Positions 8,353-17,864 of a stretch of DNA of 64,000 nt are shown piece after piece. Position 1 is the stretch's first letter. Each line of letters opens with the position of its first letter. Where the stretch lies: NCBI RefSeq assembly GCF_053078305.1, contig NZ_CP166879.1, one strand, 5' to 3'. A model generated the notes under the pieces. It was given only the letters and a program-made list of their open reading frames with translations. It ran no database searches and had not been told where the DNA came from. Made by a program: the position numbers and the translations under genes.

Positions 8353-9120
8353 AAAGCGAGCGGTGTTGCCAGTGGCAACAGAGTACAGAAAATAGTCAAT
8401 GGTGCCAGTGGCACCAGAGTACAAAAAATACTCAATGGTGCCAGTGGCACCATAGTATAAAAAATAGCCAATGGTGCCAGTGGTACCAGAGTACAAAAAA
8501 TAGCCAATGGTGCCAGTGGCACCAGAGTACAAAAAATAGCCAATGGTGCCAGTGGCACCATAGTATAAAAAATAGCCAATGGTGCCAGTGGCACCAGAGT
8601 ACAAAAAATAGCCAATGGTGCCAGTGGCACCAGAGTACAAAAAATAGCCAATGGTGCCAGTGGCACCATAGTATAAAAAATAGCCAATGGTGCCAGTGGC
8701 ACCAGAGTACAAAAAATAGCCAATGGTGCCAGTGGCACCATAGTATAAAAAATAGCCAATGGTGCCAGTGGCACCAGAGTACAAAAAATAGCCAATGGTG
8801 CCAGTGGCACCATAGTATAAAAAATAGCCAATGGTGCCAGTGGCAACAGAGTACAGAAAATAGTCAATGGTGCCAGTGGCACCAGAGTACAAAAAATAGT
8901 CAATGGTGCCAGTGGCACCATAGTATAAAAAATAGCCAATGGTGCCAGTGGCAGCAGAGGTTAAAAAGCGAACAGTGCAGCCAGTGGCAGCAGAGGTTAA
9001 AAAGTGAACAGTGCTGCCAGTGGCAGCAGAGATTAAAAAATGAGCAGTGCTGCCAGTGGCAACAGAGGTTAAAAAGTGAGCGGTGTTGCCAGTGGCAACA
9101 GCGATTAAAAAATAAGCGGC
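8329..9120. repeat. tandem array of about 22 units of 36-37 bp, each with a 15-bp palindrome G(G/T/C)TGCCAGTGGCA(C/A/G)C; candidate centromere-like or iteron array
   Basis: Central about 16 units near-identical, alternating two variants (72-bp higher-order period). Flanking units diverged, with GTTGCCAGTGGCAAC and GCTGCCAGTGGCAGC cores. Confidence 0.85.
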
Positions 9121-9216
9121 GTTAAATGTATATTCTGCCTGATTTGTTTTTTTGTTGTCGGTAATACGCAACCTGCGGACTATCTTCTGGTCATGAAATC
9201 ATTCGGAGTAAACACA

Positions 9217-9921
9217 ATGCCCCAGGAGAAAACCGGAGAAGTCAGAAAATCAGAACAAGTTGGTGCTCTGCAGTCATCGCTGACTATTGCCCTTCATACC
9301 CGATATGCGATCCGTCTCTGGGAGGGACGCAGGAATAATCAGAAGGAAGAAAAACAGGAAAAGCGGCCTGACATCATCAGTATGCCCAGGGCTATTGCGT
9401 TTGCGGGTCAGGCAACCAGAGATTCAGCCAGGGATAATCCTTATGCAGATATGATGTTAGTCAGGCTGGAAAATGCCCTGACGAAGGCAACTGAAACAAT
9501 TGAAAAGCATCTTGCGTGGCTTGACGGGATCCTTAAAAACCTGCCGGGACAGATCTCCCTTTCTGATATTAAATCCTCTTCGCCGGTAAATATTGGCGTG
9601 TACAGTAGTTCTCCGGTCGGTTATCGATGTGTATGGCTTCTGATCGGATATGATCGACTGGTCATGAAGGTATTTCAGGTATTTCATTACGGACTTATTT
9701 CCCGCACAAAACGGGATGAGTTGCTGAATCAGGGAGGGTATGCGGTACGCAGGATTTACGGGATTATTCAAAATTATAAATCAGTCAGTGTTACACGTGC
9801 TGATATTTTGTCCGGCACAGCCCGTGGAAAGGAGGCGGTTAACCGCATGGGGGAGCCGGATCCTGACGTGATGAGCGGTAAGAAACGTTCTGTTTATTCA
9901 CCACCGGTTAAAGCGGGGTGA
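9217..9921 (+). CDS. hypothetical ICE backbone protein
   Basis: ORF track 9193..9921; ATG 9217 preceded by GGAG RBS. 4-bp overlap with topB. Confidence 0.5.
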   Translation: MPQEKTGEVRKSEQVGALQSSLTIALHTRYAIRLWEGRRNNQKEEKQEKRPDIISMPRAIAFAGQATRDSARDNPYADMMLVRLENALTKATETIEKHLAWLDGILKNLPGQISLSDIKSSSPVNIGVYSSSPVGYRCVWLLIGYDRLVMKVFQVFHYGLISRTKRDELLNQGGYAVRRIYGIIQNYKSVSVTRADILSGTARGKEAVNRMGEPDPDVMSGKKRSVYSPPVKAG

Positions 9922-9923
9922 GT

Positions 9924-11966
9924 ATGCAACTCTTTCTGTGTGAAAAACCTTCTCAGGCGAAAGATATCGCCCGTGAACTGGCGCTCAGTAAGCGGGGCGA
10001 CGGATACATCGGAGATGACAATATTGCTGTCACCTGGGCGATAGGACACCTGCTGGAACTGGCTGAGCCGGAAGCTTACGGTGAACAGTTCGGTTCCCCA
10101 TGGCGTTCTGATGTGTTGCCGCTGATACCGGAACAATGGCAGATGGTGGTGAAGCCGAAGGTGAAAAAACAACTTATTGTGATCCGGGGGCTGTTAAAAC
10201 GCGCTTCTGAAGTGGTTATTGCCACAGATGCCGATCGTGAAGGAGAAGTGATAGCCAGAGAGTTGCTGGAGTACTGTCAGTACAGAGGGCGTGTCAGGCG
10301 TCTGTGGTTATCTGCACTGGATGAGGCCAGTATCAGGAAGGCGCTGAATAATATTCTCCCGGGCGAACAGACTGCGCTTCTCAGTGAAGCCGGTAAGGGG
10401 CGTGCCCGGGCTGACTGGCTGACAGGGATGAATCTGACCCGGTTGTATACCCTGAAGGCACGGGAACGTGGAATTTCTGGGGTTTTGTCAGTGGGCCGGG
10501 TGCAGACACCCACGCTGGCAATGGTGGTCAGACGGGATCAGGAGATCGCCACATTTGTGCCGGTTTCCTGGTGGCAGGTGATTGTCTGGCTGGAAAAGGA
10601 GGGGCTCCGTTTCCGCAGTAACTGGGTGGCAGCTGAGCAGTACTGCGATGATGAGGGACGTTGTGTGAATGTGCAGGCGGCCGGTGCTGTTCTCGGTCTG
10701 TGCCGTCAGCAGTCCTCTGCTGTTGTACAGGATGTTGTACAGAAGAGGGAGAAAACACCGCCACCTTTGTGTTTTTCGCTGGGAACGTTGCAGGACGCCT
10801 GTTCCCGGAAGTTTGGCATGGGGGCTCAGACCGTTCTGGATATCGCACAGTCCCTTTATGAGACTCACAAAGCAACAACTTATCCCAGGACAGACTGTGG
10901 TTATCTGCCTGCCTCGATGCATGAGGAGAGTTCTGAAGTGCTTGAGGCTGTCGGGCGTTCAGATCCGTCCGTGCTTCCACAACTGGCTGAACTGGAATCA
11001 GGACGGGTATCCCGTATCTGGAATGATAAAAAAATTACGGCTCACCATGCCATTATTCCGACCCGGCAGTTTTTTGACCTCAGCTTACTGAACGGTGATG
11101 AACTGAAGGTATATCAACTGATTCGTCAGCACTATCTGGCACAGTTTCTGCCGGAGCAGGAAGCCGATGTTACTGAGGCAACATTTGTGATTGGGGGGCA
11201 GTTATTCCGTTCCCGCGGAAGAGTGAATGTGATTATCGGGTGGAAACAGTTATTTCCACCGGAAAATCATGCAGATGAAGAAAAGCCTGACAGTGATGAA
11301 AGTGGAAACATATTGCCCCCTTTGATAAAGGGAGAACTCTGTGCTCTGGATGGTGCTGAACAGAAGGAGCTGAAAACCGTACCTCCCCGTCCTTTTACTG
11401 AAGGCAGTCTTATTACTGCGATGAAGAATGCTTCGTCTGGTGTAACGGATCCGGTGCTGAAAAAGATCCTGAGGGATAATGCGGGACTGGGAACGGAAGC
11501 CACACGCGCGGGGATCCTGGAAACGTTATTTGCGCGCAACTATATTGAGAGAGCGGGAAAACATATCCGTTCCACGCAACTGGGAAGAGAACTGGTGGCG
11601 GCATTGCCGGACTCTCTGACAAATCCGGGTATGACGGCTTTATGGGAACAGGCGCTGGATGATGTTGCCCGGGGGAAAATCTCACTGGAGGCGTTTATGG
11701 AGAAACAGCATCAGTGGATCAGGCACCTGGTGTTATCCGGACGTAACCAGACGGTTAATCTGTCAGTGGAATCAGGTCCTTCATGTCCACTCTGTAACGG
11801 TCCGACGGTGAAACGGAAGGGAAAAAGCGGTTTTTTCTGGGGATGCTCCCGTTATCCCGACTGCAGGGGAATTGCTGGTGAGCAGGGAAACAGCAGGGGC
11901 AGGAAAAGAAAAATTAATTTTTCTCATAAACAAAAATCTGGTGATGTCGGAGACAAACTGAATTAA
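9924..11966 (+). CDS. topB: DNA topoisomerase III
   Basis: MQLFLCEKPSQA start typical of TopB, Toprim and topoisomerase IA core, C-terminal zinc ribbon CPLCNGP...CSRYPDC. Standard ICE backbone gene. Confidence 0.9.
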   Translation: MQLFLCEKPSQAKDIARELALSKRGDGYIGDDNIAVTWAIGHLLELAEPEAYGEQFGSPWRSDVLPLIPEQWQMVVKPKVKKQLIVIRGLLKRASEVVIATDADREGEVIARELLEYCQYRGRVRRLWLSALDEASIRKALNNILPGEQTALLSEAGKGRARADWLTGMNLTRLYTLKARERGISGVLSVGRVQTPTLAMVVRRDQEIATFVPVSWWQVIVWLEKEGLRFRSNWVAAEQYCDDEGRCVNVQAAGAVLGLCRQQSSAVVQDVVQKREKTPPPLCFSLGTLQDACSRKFGMGAQTVLDIAQSLYETHKATTYPRTDCGYLPASMHEESSEVLEAVGRSDPSVLPQLAELESGRVSRIWNDKKITAHHAIIPTRQFFDLSLLNGDELKVYQLIRQHYLAQFLPEQEADVTEATFVIGGQLFRSRGRVNVIIGWKQLFPPENHADEEKPDSDESGNILPPLIKGELCALDGAEQKELKTVPPRPFTEGSLITAMKNASSGVTDPVLKKILRDNAGLGTEATRAGILETLFARNYIERAGKHIRSTQLGRELVAALPDSLTNPGMTALWEQALDDVARGKISLEAFMEKQHQWIRHLVLSGRNQTVNLSVESGPSCPLCNGPTVKRKGKSGFFWGCSRYPDCRGIAGEQGNSRGRKRKINFSHKQKSGDVGDKLN

Positions 11967-12148
11967 AATTGCGGGCGAGTTCTGGTATCACCCTGTTGAC
12001 CACAGTGGGGCTGACAGCCCTGAGAGGTCCGGTAACCCGTTATGCACACGGCGGGGTTACAAGGCACATGCACTCCGTGAAAACCGTGCCGGGAGTCGCT
12101 CTCTCCGGAGAAGATGAGAATCAACACCGGGATTTGGTATCCCCCTGA

Positions 12149-12176
12149 AGCACCGGCTTGCCGGTGCTTTTTTGTT
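12149..12176 (+). terminator. rho-independent terminator downstream of topB
   Basis: GC-rich stem AGCACCGGC-TTG-GCCGGTGCT followed by T tract. Confidence 0.6.
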
Positions 12177-12232
12177 TTTGGTTAGCTGTTGACTTTTTCC
12201 ATCAGTGATTTCAGTCTGTCCGGGCACATAAC

Positions 12233-12528
12233 GTCGCTCCGGCGACCACCAATGCTCCACAAGTGGCCTGAGAGGAGCGCCTTCGGGTGGCTACATGTCG
12301 CTTCGGCGACCACCAATGCTCCATAAGTGGTCTGAGAGGAGCGCCTTCGGGTGACCACATCCCGCTTCGGTGGGCACCAATGTTCCGTTGATCTGAGAGG
12401 AACGCCTTCGGGTGATCAACACCCCCGTAACCTGAAAGGGGATGTGCAGCCAGGATGTTTCTGGTGGTGGTAAATCTGCCCACCTTTGAGAGCAGATATC
12501 GTCAGTCATGACGATGAAGGTTTTCTTT
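12233..12528 (+). repeat. structured repeat element, copy 1 (three about 60-nt sub-units plus tail); candidate ncRNA
   Basis: Repeated hairpins with CTTCGG tetraloop motifs (GTCGC-TTCG-GCGAC etc.) and recurring CTGAGAGGA motifs. Near-identical to copies at 56604-56840 and 58871-59105. Confidence 0.5.
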
Positions 12529-12644
12529 AACTGTTACTGAGTCAGCCGGAATAGTTCTGTTCCGGCTCCCTGACGGGAATATCACAACCCGTCAGGGATG
12601 ATGATGTTCTCTGTCTTTCCGATACTGAGAATGGAGATATCATT

Positions 12645-13112
12645 ATGACTGCAAATACTTCTTCTGCAAACGCTAAAACTGAGTACTTCAATCTGACACT
12701 GAAAGGCCTGGGGTATCTCAGCAACATTCGTCAGGTTAATCATCAGAACGGGACATTTCTCAGTTGTGTTGTGAATGCACTGAGTGGTCCGACGGACAGC
12801 CCGTCCTATGTGCGTTTTGATGTGACGGTTGCCGGTAAAGAGGCAACTTCCCTGATTGCCCGCTGCCAGAAAGCGGTGGATGAAGATCGCAAGGTGCTGA
12901 TTGGTTTTACCATGAGCAACCCCTCTACTGACATTTTTACCCTTAACCGGGGTGAACATGCCGGTGAGCAACGCGTCAGTCTGAAAGCCCGCCTGATCAA
13001 GGTGGAGTGGATCAAAATAGGCCAGGACATGGTTTATAAGACTGAAAAATCGGAATCCATACCGCCACAGAATGGCAATACCCCGCGGGAATACGCAGAA
13101 AATTCTTTCTGA
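12645..13112 (+). CDS. conserved hypothetical ICE protein
   Basis: 155-aa ORF with upstream AT-rich leader and hairpins; followed by a terminator. Confidence 0.55.
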   Translation: MTANTSSANAKTEYFNLTLKGLGYLSNIRQVNHQNGTFLSCVVNALSGPTDSPSYVRFDVTVAGKEATSLIARCQKAVDEDRKVLIGFTMSNPSTDIFTLNRGEHAGEQRVSLKARLIKVEWIKIGQDMVYKTEKSESIPPQNGNTPREYAENSF

Positions 13113-13130
13113 TCGTATTTTTCAACTCAA

Positions 13131-13176
13131 CCTCCCTGATGAAAACAGACCAACCATCAGGGAGGTCTGTTTTCTT
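13131..13176 (+). terminator. rho-independent terminator
   Basis: Stem CCTCCCTGATG...CATCAGGGAGG followed by T-rich tract. Confidence 0.55.
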
Positions 13177-13202
13177 ATCGTTTAACTTTAAGGAAACATG
13201 TT

Positions 13203-13406
13203 ATGAAACCGACAAGCGGAATTCTGGCCGCCAAAGCGGGCTATACCTTACCTCTGCAGATCCTCAGCAGTGCTCGTGGTTATTATATTGGTACTCAGTG
13301 CGACGAAGGGCCTGTGTCCCGGGAATCCGAAGAGTATTTCAGAAATTATGAGCAGGCAGTCCGGGCTCTGGAAAACGGCATCTGGACTCAGCGTGAATGT
13401 GTGTGA
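13203..13406 (+). CDS. small hypothetical protein
   Basis: 67-aa ORF directly upstream of ssb, with AAGGAAA RBS. Confidence 0.4.
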   Translation: MKPTSGILAAKAGYTLPLQILSSARGYYIGTQCDEGPVSRESEEYFRNYEQAVRALENGIWTQRECV

Positions 13407-13421
13407 GGATAAGGAGTTGTT

Positions 13422-13982
13422 ATGGCATCGCGTGGAGTGAATAAAGTCATACTGATTGGTCATCTGGGACAGGATCCGGAAATCCGTTATTTCCCCAACG
13501 GCGGAGGTGCAGTGGCAAATCTGACGCTGGCCACCACTGATACCTGGCGTGATAAACAGAGCGGTGAAATGAAGGAACACACTGAATGGCACCGTGTTGT
13601 GATTTACGGAAAACTGGCTGAGATTGCCGGTGAATACCTTCGTAAAGGTTCACAGGTGTATATTGAAGGTCAGTTAAGAACCCGGAAGTGGTTCGATCAG
13701 CAGAATGGTGTTGATCGTTATTCCACGGAAGTTGTTGTGAGTGTCAATGGTACCCTGCAGATGCTGGGGTCTCCGCGTCAGCAGCAGGGGGGTGGAAATG
13801 TTTCATCTGCTCCTGCTCAGGGAGGATGGGGACAACCACCACAAAATGCACAACAATCAACGGGAAAAAACGGTCAGGCTTCCTCAGGAAGCGGGGGAAT
13901 GCCGCCGATGGACTTTGACGATGATATCCCCTTTATGGGGCGTGGGTATGGCGTTGAACGACGGATTATCCATGTCATCTGA
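13422..13982 (+). CDS. ssb: single-stranded DNA-binding protein with C-terminal extension
   Basis: OB-fold N-terminus ([20 protein letters not shown]...), Gly/Gln-rich linker and acidic tip DFDDDIPF. Unusually, 15 further residues ([15 protein letters not shown]) follow the tip before the stop. Confidence 0.9.
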   Translation: MASRGVNKVILIGHLGQDPEIRYFPNGGGAVANLTLATTDTWRDKQSGEMKEHTEWHRVVIYGKLAEIAGEYLRKGSQVYIEGQLRTRKWFDQQNGVDRYSTEVVVSVNGTLQMLGSPRQQQGGGNVSSAPAQGGWGQPPQNAQQSTGKNGQASSGSGGMPPMDFDDDIPFMGRGYGVERRIIHVI

Positions 13983-14030
13983 TGTTAACCACGGGGCTTA
14001 CCGCCCCACTTTTAATTCAAGGAGGCGGTT

Positions 14031-14951
14031 GTGAATGAAAACACACCCACTACCCCCACGCCACATGATGCGGCGTTCAGAGCGATGATGGAATGTCCCT
14101 CTGTTGCGAGGGATTTCCTGAAAGGCGCGTTGCCCCCGGAACAACTGAACCGGTGCGATATGAACACCCTGCAACTGGAGCCGACCACGTTTGTGGATCC
14201 GGATCTTCGCCAGTTTGCCTGTGATGTTCTGTGGAGTATGAAAACCACAGATGGCAGGGATGGATACATTTATACGCTGACAGAGCACCAGAGCAAGGCG
14301 GATAAGTATATGGCCCTGCGAATGATGCGCTATGTTCTGGCGGTGATACATCGCCACCTGAAAGCACATGCGTGTGCTCCCGTTGTGATACCGGTGCTTT
14401 TTTACCATGGTGTACCCAGTCCTTATCCATACAGCATGAACTGGCCTGACTGTCTGGATGATCCGGCGTTTGGTCGGGAGCTTTATGGAGAAGGCAGGCC
14501 ACCCAGGGTGATTGATGTCGGTCTTCTTGATGATGAGGGTATCCGTCGCTATAAGCAGATGGCTGCGCTGATGCTTATGATGAAGCTCCGGCAGAAGAAA
14601 GTGGATCTGATGGTTCATCTTGACTTTTTGTCACAGTTGATTCAGATACAGGAAACACACACTCAGGTGGTGACATTGTTTAACTATATGGTGAAAGAAT
14701 GTGATTCAGCTTCACCTGAATTTATACGGGCGATGGCAGAACGTCTGCCAAGACATGAGGATGATCTAATGACTATTGCTGAACGACTGGAACTGGCTGG
14801 TATCGAAAAGGGCCGCCAGGAGGAGAGAGAAAAGGCTCTTCAGGAGAATTACGCATCGGCCCGTCGCATGCAGCAGATGGGTATATCGTCAGAGAAAATC
14901 AAAGAAATACTGCAGTTCTCGGATGATGATTTGCGTAATGCTCTCCGGTAA
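14031..14951 (+). CDS. Rpn-family recombination-promoting nuclease / putative transposase (YhgA-like)
   Basis: N-terminal PHDAAFRAMM...ARDFL and YIYTLTEHQSKADKYMALRMMRY motifs typical of the YhgA/Rpn PD-(D/E)XK family; GTG start with AAGGAGG RBS. Confidence 0.75.
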   Translation: MNENTPTTPTPHDAAFRAMMECPSVARDFLKGALPPEQLNRCDMNTLQLEPTTFVDPDLRQFACDVLWSMKTTDGRDGYIYTLTEHQSKADKYMALRMMRYVLAVIHRHLKAHACAPVVIPVLFYHGVPSPYPYSMNWPDCLDDPAFGRELYGEGRPPRVIDVGLLDDEGIRRYKQMAALMLMMKLRQKKVDLMVHLDFLSQLIQIQETHTQVVTLFNYMVKECDSASPEFIRAMAERLPRHEDDLMTIAERLELAGIEKGRQEEREKALQENYASARRMQQMGISSEKIKEILQFSDDDLRNALR

Positions 14952-15016
14952 TCGGTAATTTATGTTAACCGCAGGATTGTGACATATTTGTTATGTTGCT
15001 TTCCTTCCTGTCAACA

Positions 15017-15047
15017 AAGCGCCTGCATGTCTGCAGGCGTTTTTTTT
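15017..15047 (+). terminator. rho-independent terminator
   Basis: GCGCCTGCA-TGTC-TGCAGGCG stem followed by eight T. Confidence 0.65.
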
Positions 15048-15136
15048 CGCCAGCGGGTAATGAGTTGTTCATTGAGCCAGCCCCGTCTTCTTCTGCACAT
15101 TGACCTCTGATTTATCACTGCAGAGGTAAATACCCG

Positions 15137-15736
15137 ATGAAAAAACGCTTTATCCTGTCCGGACTGACAGTCTGCCTCCTGATGGCGGGATGTCAGGGCA
15201 CTCAGAAACTACAGCAACGGGATGCGGCCATGCCGGTACCGTCGGTCACAGTAAACCGTAATGTACAGCCTGCCAGCCCGGATGTGTATTCACAGGCACC
15301 GGAGGTGGTGCGCTATGACCGTTACCTGCTGGTCAGCACAGAGCCGCAGGCTGTACAGCGTGATCCACTTTCTCAGGTGATCGACATTCGCATTCCCTCC
15401 TCCCTGAAACCCACGGTGGCCGATGCCATGCGTTATGCCCTGAAACAGTCCGGTTACACGCTCTGCGCCACCGGACCGGCCAACGGCGTGCTGTACCGTC
15501 AGCCTCTGCCGGCGGTGCAGTATCAGCCAGGACCACTGAGACTGCGTACTGCCCTGCAGTTAATGGCGGGGCCGGCATGGCAACTGGAAGTGGATGATGT
15601 GCAGAGGGTGGTCTGCCACAGTCTGCGTGACGGTTACCAGTTACCGGTCAGCCAGCTGGCTCCTGTTCCGGTCACCGTTCCTTTTGTGGGTCGTGAACCG
15701 GGTGTGAAGGCAACAGGAGGGTTTCTGAAAAAATGA
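15137..15736 (+). CDS. pilL: PilL-like conjugative lipoprotein
   Basis: Signal peptide with lipobox LMAGC; first gene of the T4SS cluster. Confidence 0.6.
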   Translation: MKKRFILSGLTVCLLMAGCQGTQKLQQRDAAMPVPSVTVNRNVQPASPDVYSQAPEVVRYDRYLLVSTEPQAVQRDPLSQVIDIRIPSSLKPTVADAMRYALKQSGYTLCATGPANGVLYRQPLPAVQYQPGPLRLRTALQLMAGPAWQLEVDDVQRVVCHSLRDGYQLPVSQLAPVPVTVPFVGREPGVKATGGFLKK

Positions 15737-16482
15737 GTGAGAAACAGCCGCAGATACCGGAGGGTGCGTCTGGTATGTCGCCGGAGCGAAGAAAAAGTCG
15801 TTTCCCCGGCGTGTTGATACTGTCTGTCACTGTGGGGCTGGTCATGGGGGCAGTGGTATATGGCGTACTGATGCTTATGACCGGTCTTGACAGCCGGATC
15901 ACGACCCTGGAAGGCCAGAGAAGAGAAATGCTTTCTGCGTCAGAACTCGCGCCCCTGAGAATGAAACTGACAGAGACGGAGAAGCAACTGAAGGATATGG
16001 AAAAGCGCCTGGCAGTCCTGGAGCAGCAGCCCGTGCTGACAGCATCCTGGAAGGAACAACTGGAGAATCTGCCGGAGATGCTGGAGCAGATTGAGTCTGC
16101 CCGGGAAAAGCTTTCCCTGAGACTGGATACACTCAGCGGTCTGGTGGAGAAAATGCAGAAAGTACCGGAGTCACCGTCACAGCCGGACAGCAGGAAAGCG
16201 GGGATGAAAAAAACGGAGGAGAAAAAGCCCGCTCCGGTGACGTCCTCCCGTAAATCCCGCGCAGTTCATACAGTTCGGCAGGCTCCTTTTGTGCTGACCG
16301 GGACAGAGCTGCGCGGTGGCAGTACCCGTGCAGCCGTGGCTCCCCGGGGGTATACCAGCCTCTCTCAGGTGGCTCTGCTGGGTGAAGGAGAGAGTGTGGC
16401 CGGGTGGACGCTTGTGTATGCCGGCCATGGTGAAGCAACGTTCCGGGTGAATGGTCGTCAGACGGTGCTCAGGGTGGAGTAG
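15733..16482 (+). CDS. ICE conjugation membrane protein (single TM plus coiled coil)
   Basis: 249-aa ORF, 4-bp overlap with pilL; hydrophobic segment followed by heptad-like region. Confidence 0.55.
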   Translation: MSEKQPQIPEGASGMSPERRKSRFPGVLILSVTVGLVMGAVVYGVLMLMTGLDSRITTLEGQRREMLSASELAPLRMKLTETEKQLKDMEKRLAVLEQQPVLTASWKEQLENLPEMLEQIESAREKLSLRLDTLSGLVEKMQKVPESPSQPDSRKAGMKKTEEKKPAPVTSSRKSRAVHTVRQAPFVLTGTELRGGSTRAAVAPRGYTSLSQVALLGEGESVAGWTLVYAGHGEATFRVNGRQTVLRVE

Positions 16483-17205
16483 ATGATGAAGCGAAAAATA
16501 CTGTATCTGCTGGCACTGTGCCCCGTTCTGGCTCAGTCTGCCGGGCAGACGAATATGTCGTCAGAGGCGCAACGGACGACCGGTACGGTGGTGACGCAGA
16601 GTACCACATCCGGACTTCAGCAGCAGGCCGGGCAGTGGGGGGTGAGTGAGGAGGATTACCGGCGTTATCAGTCACTGATGTCCGGCCCCCGGGGGATACA
16701 GTCTCCCGGACTTGATCCGCTGACGGTACTCGGTATAGAGGCCAGAACGCCGGCAGAGCGACGTGTCTGGGCCGAAAAGTGGGTCAGGGCTGAATATGAA
16801 CGAACAGAGAAGGAGCTGGCGTTTCAGCAGGAGGTGAATGCGGCCTGGAAGCGCCTGTATCCCGGTATGTTGCCTGTCAGTATGGGAAAAACAGGAGCAC
16901 TTACCGGAGATACGGGGGGACGGCTGGCGCTGTTTGTGAAGGCGAAGGAATGTGGCACCTGTGATGCCCGTCTTGCCTCCGTACTGGCCACGGGACGGCA
17001 GGTTGATATCTACCTTGTCGACAGTCAGGGAAAGGATGAGATTCTGCGTCAGTGGGCGCATGCGCACAGCATACCTGTGGAGAAAGTTCGCAGCCGTCAT
17101 ATCACCCTGAATCATGATGCCGGACGCTGGCTGCGTTTTGGTGAAGGAAAAATGCCGGTGGTACTGCAGCAGGGGGCTGACGGATGGCGCGTGGCGGCAT
17201 TCTGA
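16483..17205 (+). CDS. periplasmic thioredoxin-fold protein of the ICE transfer region
   Basis: Signal peptide; CGTC (Cys-X-X-Cys) motif in KECGTCDARL. Confidence 0.55.
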   Translation: MMKRKILYLLALCPVLAQSAGQTNMSSEAQRTTGTVVTQSTTSGLQQQAGQWGVSEEDYRRYQSLMSGPRGIQSPGLDPLTVLGIEARTPAERRVWAEKWVRAEYERTEKELAFQQEVNAAWKRLYPGMLPVSMGKTGALTGDTGGRLALFVKAKECGTCDARLASVLATGRQVDIYLVDSQGKDEILRQWAHAHSIPVEKVRSRHITLNHDAGRWLRFGEGKMPVVLQQGADGWRVAAF

Positions 17206-17864
17206 CGGTTCTGCTGATGGTGGCCTGCAGTGGTGTCTGTCGTGCTGCCGTTCAGAACGTACCGGACGGGTACGTGCGGGTGGCCCGTGCCCATGGTATT
17301 CCCGCAGAGCTTTTGTATGCCGTTTCCCTGACGGAAACGTCCATGTCTCCGGAAGCGATGTCCGGAGTACTGAAACAACGGCGTCGTGATTTTCGTCAGC
17401 CGGACGTGGCCCGCCCCTGGCCCTGGACAATAAATGTGGCAGGAAAAGGGTACCGTTATGCCACACGTCTGGAGGCCTGGCAGGCATTGCAGGTGTTTCT
17501 GAAACATTATCCGGCAAAACGTATTGATGTCGGGATAGCACAGGTCAATCTGGGCTGGAATGGACATCGTTTCCCGTCCACATGGGCGGCATTTGATCCT
17601 TACACCAGTCTGAATACGGCAGCGGTCATTCTGCAGGAATGCCGGCGTCGCCATCCGGTCAGCTGGCTGCAGGTGGCCGGGTGTTATCACCACCCGGCAG
17701 GTGGTGCGCCGGCCGCACGTTATACCGCCGTGGTCAGACGGCATCTTGCCCGGCTCCACCGGGATAATTTCCTGAATCCGTCTGATGTGCATGTGGCAGC
17801 GACCGCCATGCTGACACCATCCCCCCGTTATATCTGGACTGAACCACAGGAGGAGCTGAAATGA
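17184..17864 (+). CDS. lytic transglycosylase (SLT domain), conjugation-associated
   Basis: Signal peptide; SLT-domain-like core GIPAELLYAVSLTETS. Confidence 0.7.
   Translation: MARGGILTVLLMVACSGVCRAAVQNVPDGYVRVARAHGIPAELLYAVSLTETSMSPEAMSGVLKQRRRDFRQPDVARPWPWTINVAGKGYRYATRLEAWQALQVFLKHYPAKRIDVGIAQVNLGWNGHRFPSTWAAFDPYTSLNTAAVILQECRRRHPVSWLQVAGCYHHPAGGAPAARYTAVVRRHLARLHRDNFLNPSDVHVAATAMLTPSPRYIWTEPQEELK

Noticed and set aside
8329-9120. Possible CRISPR array
   Set aside because: Units are contiguous and near-identical with no unique spacers, and there are no cas genes; it is a simple tandem repeat.
8278-9171. Long minus-strand ORFs (297 aa and 196 aa) spanning the tandem palindrome array, with GATGTIGYFLYS / PLAPLAIF repeats
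   Set aside because: Their periodic low-complexity translation mirrors the 36-bp DNA repeat exactly and they have no RBS; they are translation artefacts of a non-coding array.
12211-12509. Minus-strand ORFs (72-90 aa, MTDDICSQRW... and MGRFTTTRNIL...) recurring in all three copies of the structured repeat (also 56539..56816 and 58569..59083)
   Set aside because: They recur only because the DNA repeat is near-identical. They lack an RBS, and the sequence is dominated by hairpins with UUCG-type loops, so an RNA or repeat element is more likely; translation is not fully excluded.
13741-14034. Plus-strand ORF (97 aa) overlapping the 3' end of ssb in another frame
   Set aside because: It lies wholly within the well-supported ssb gene and has no independent signals.
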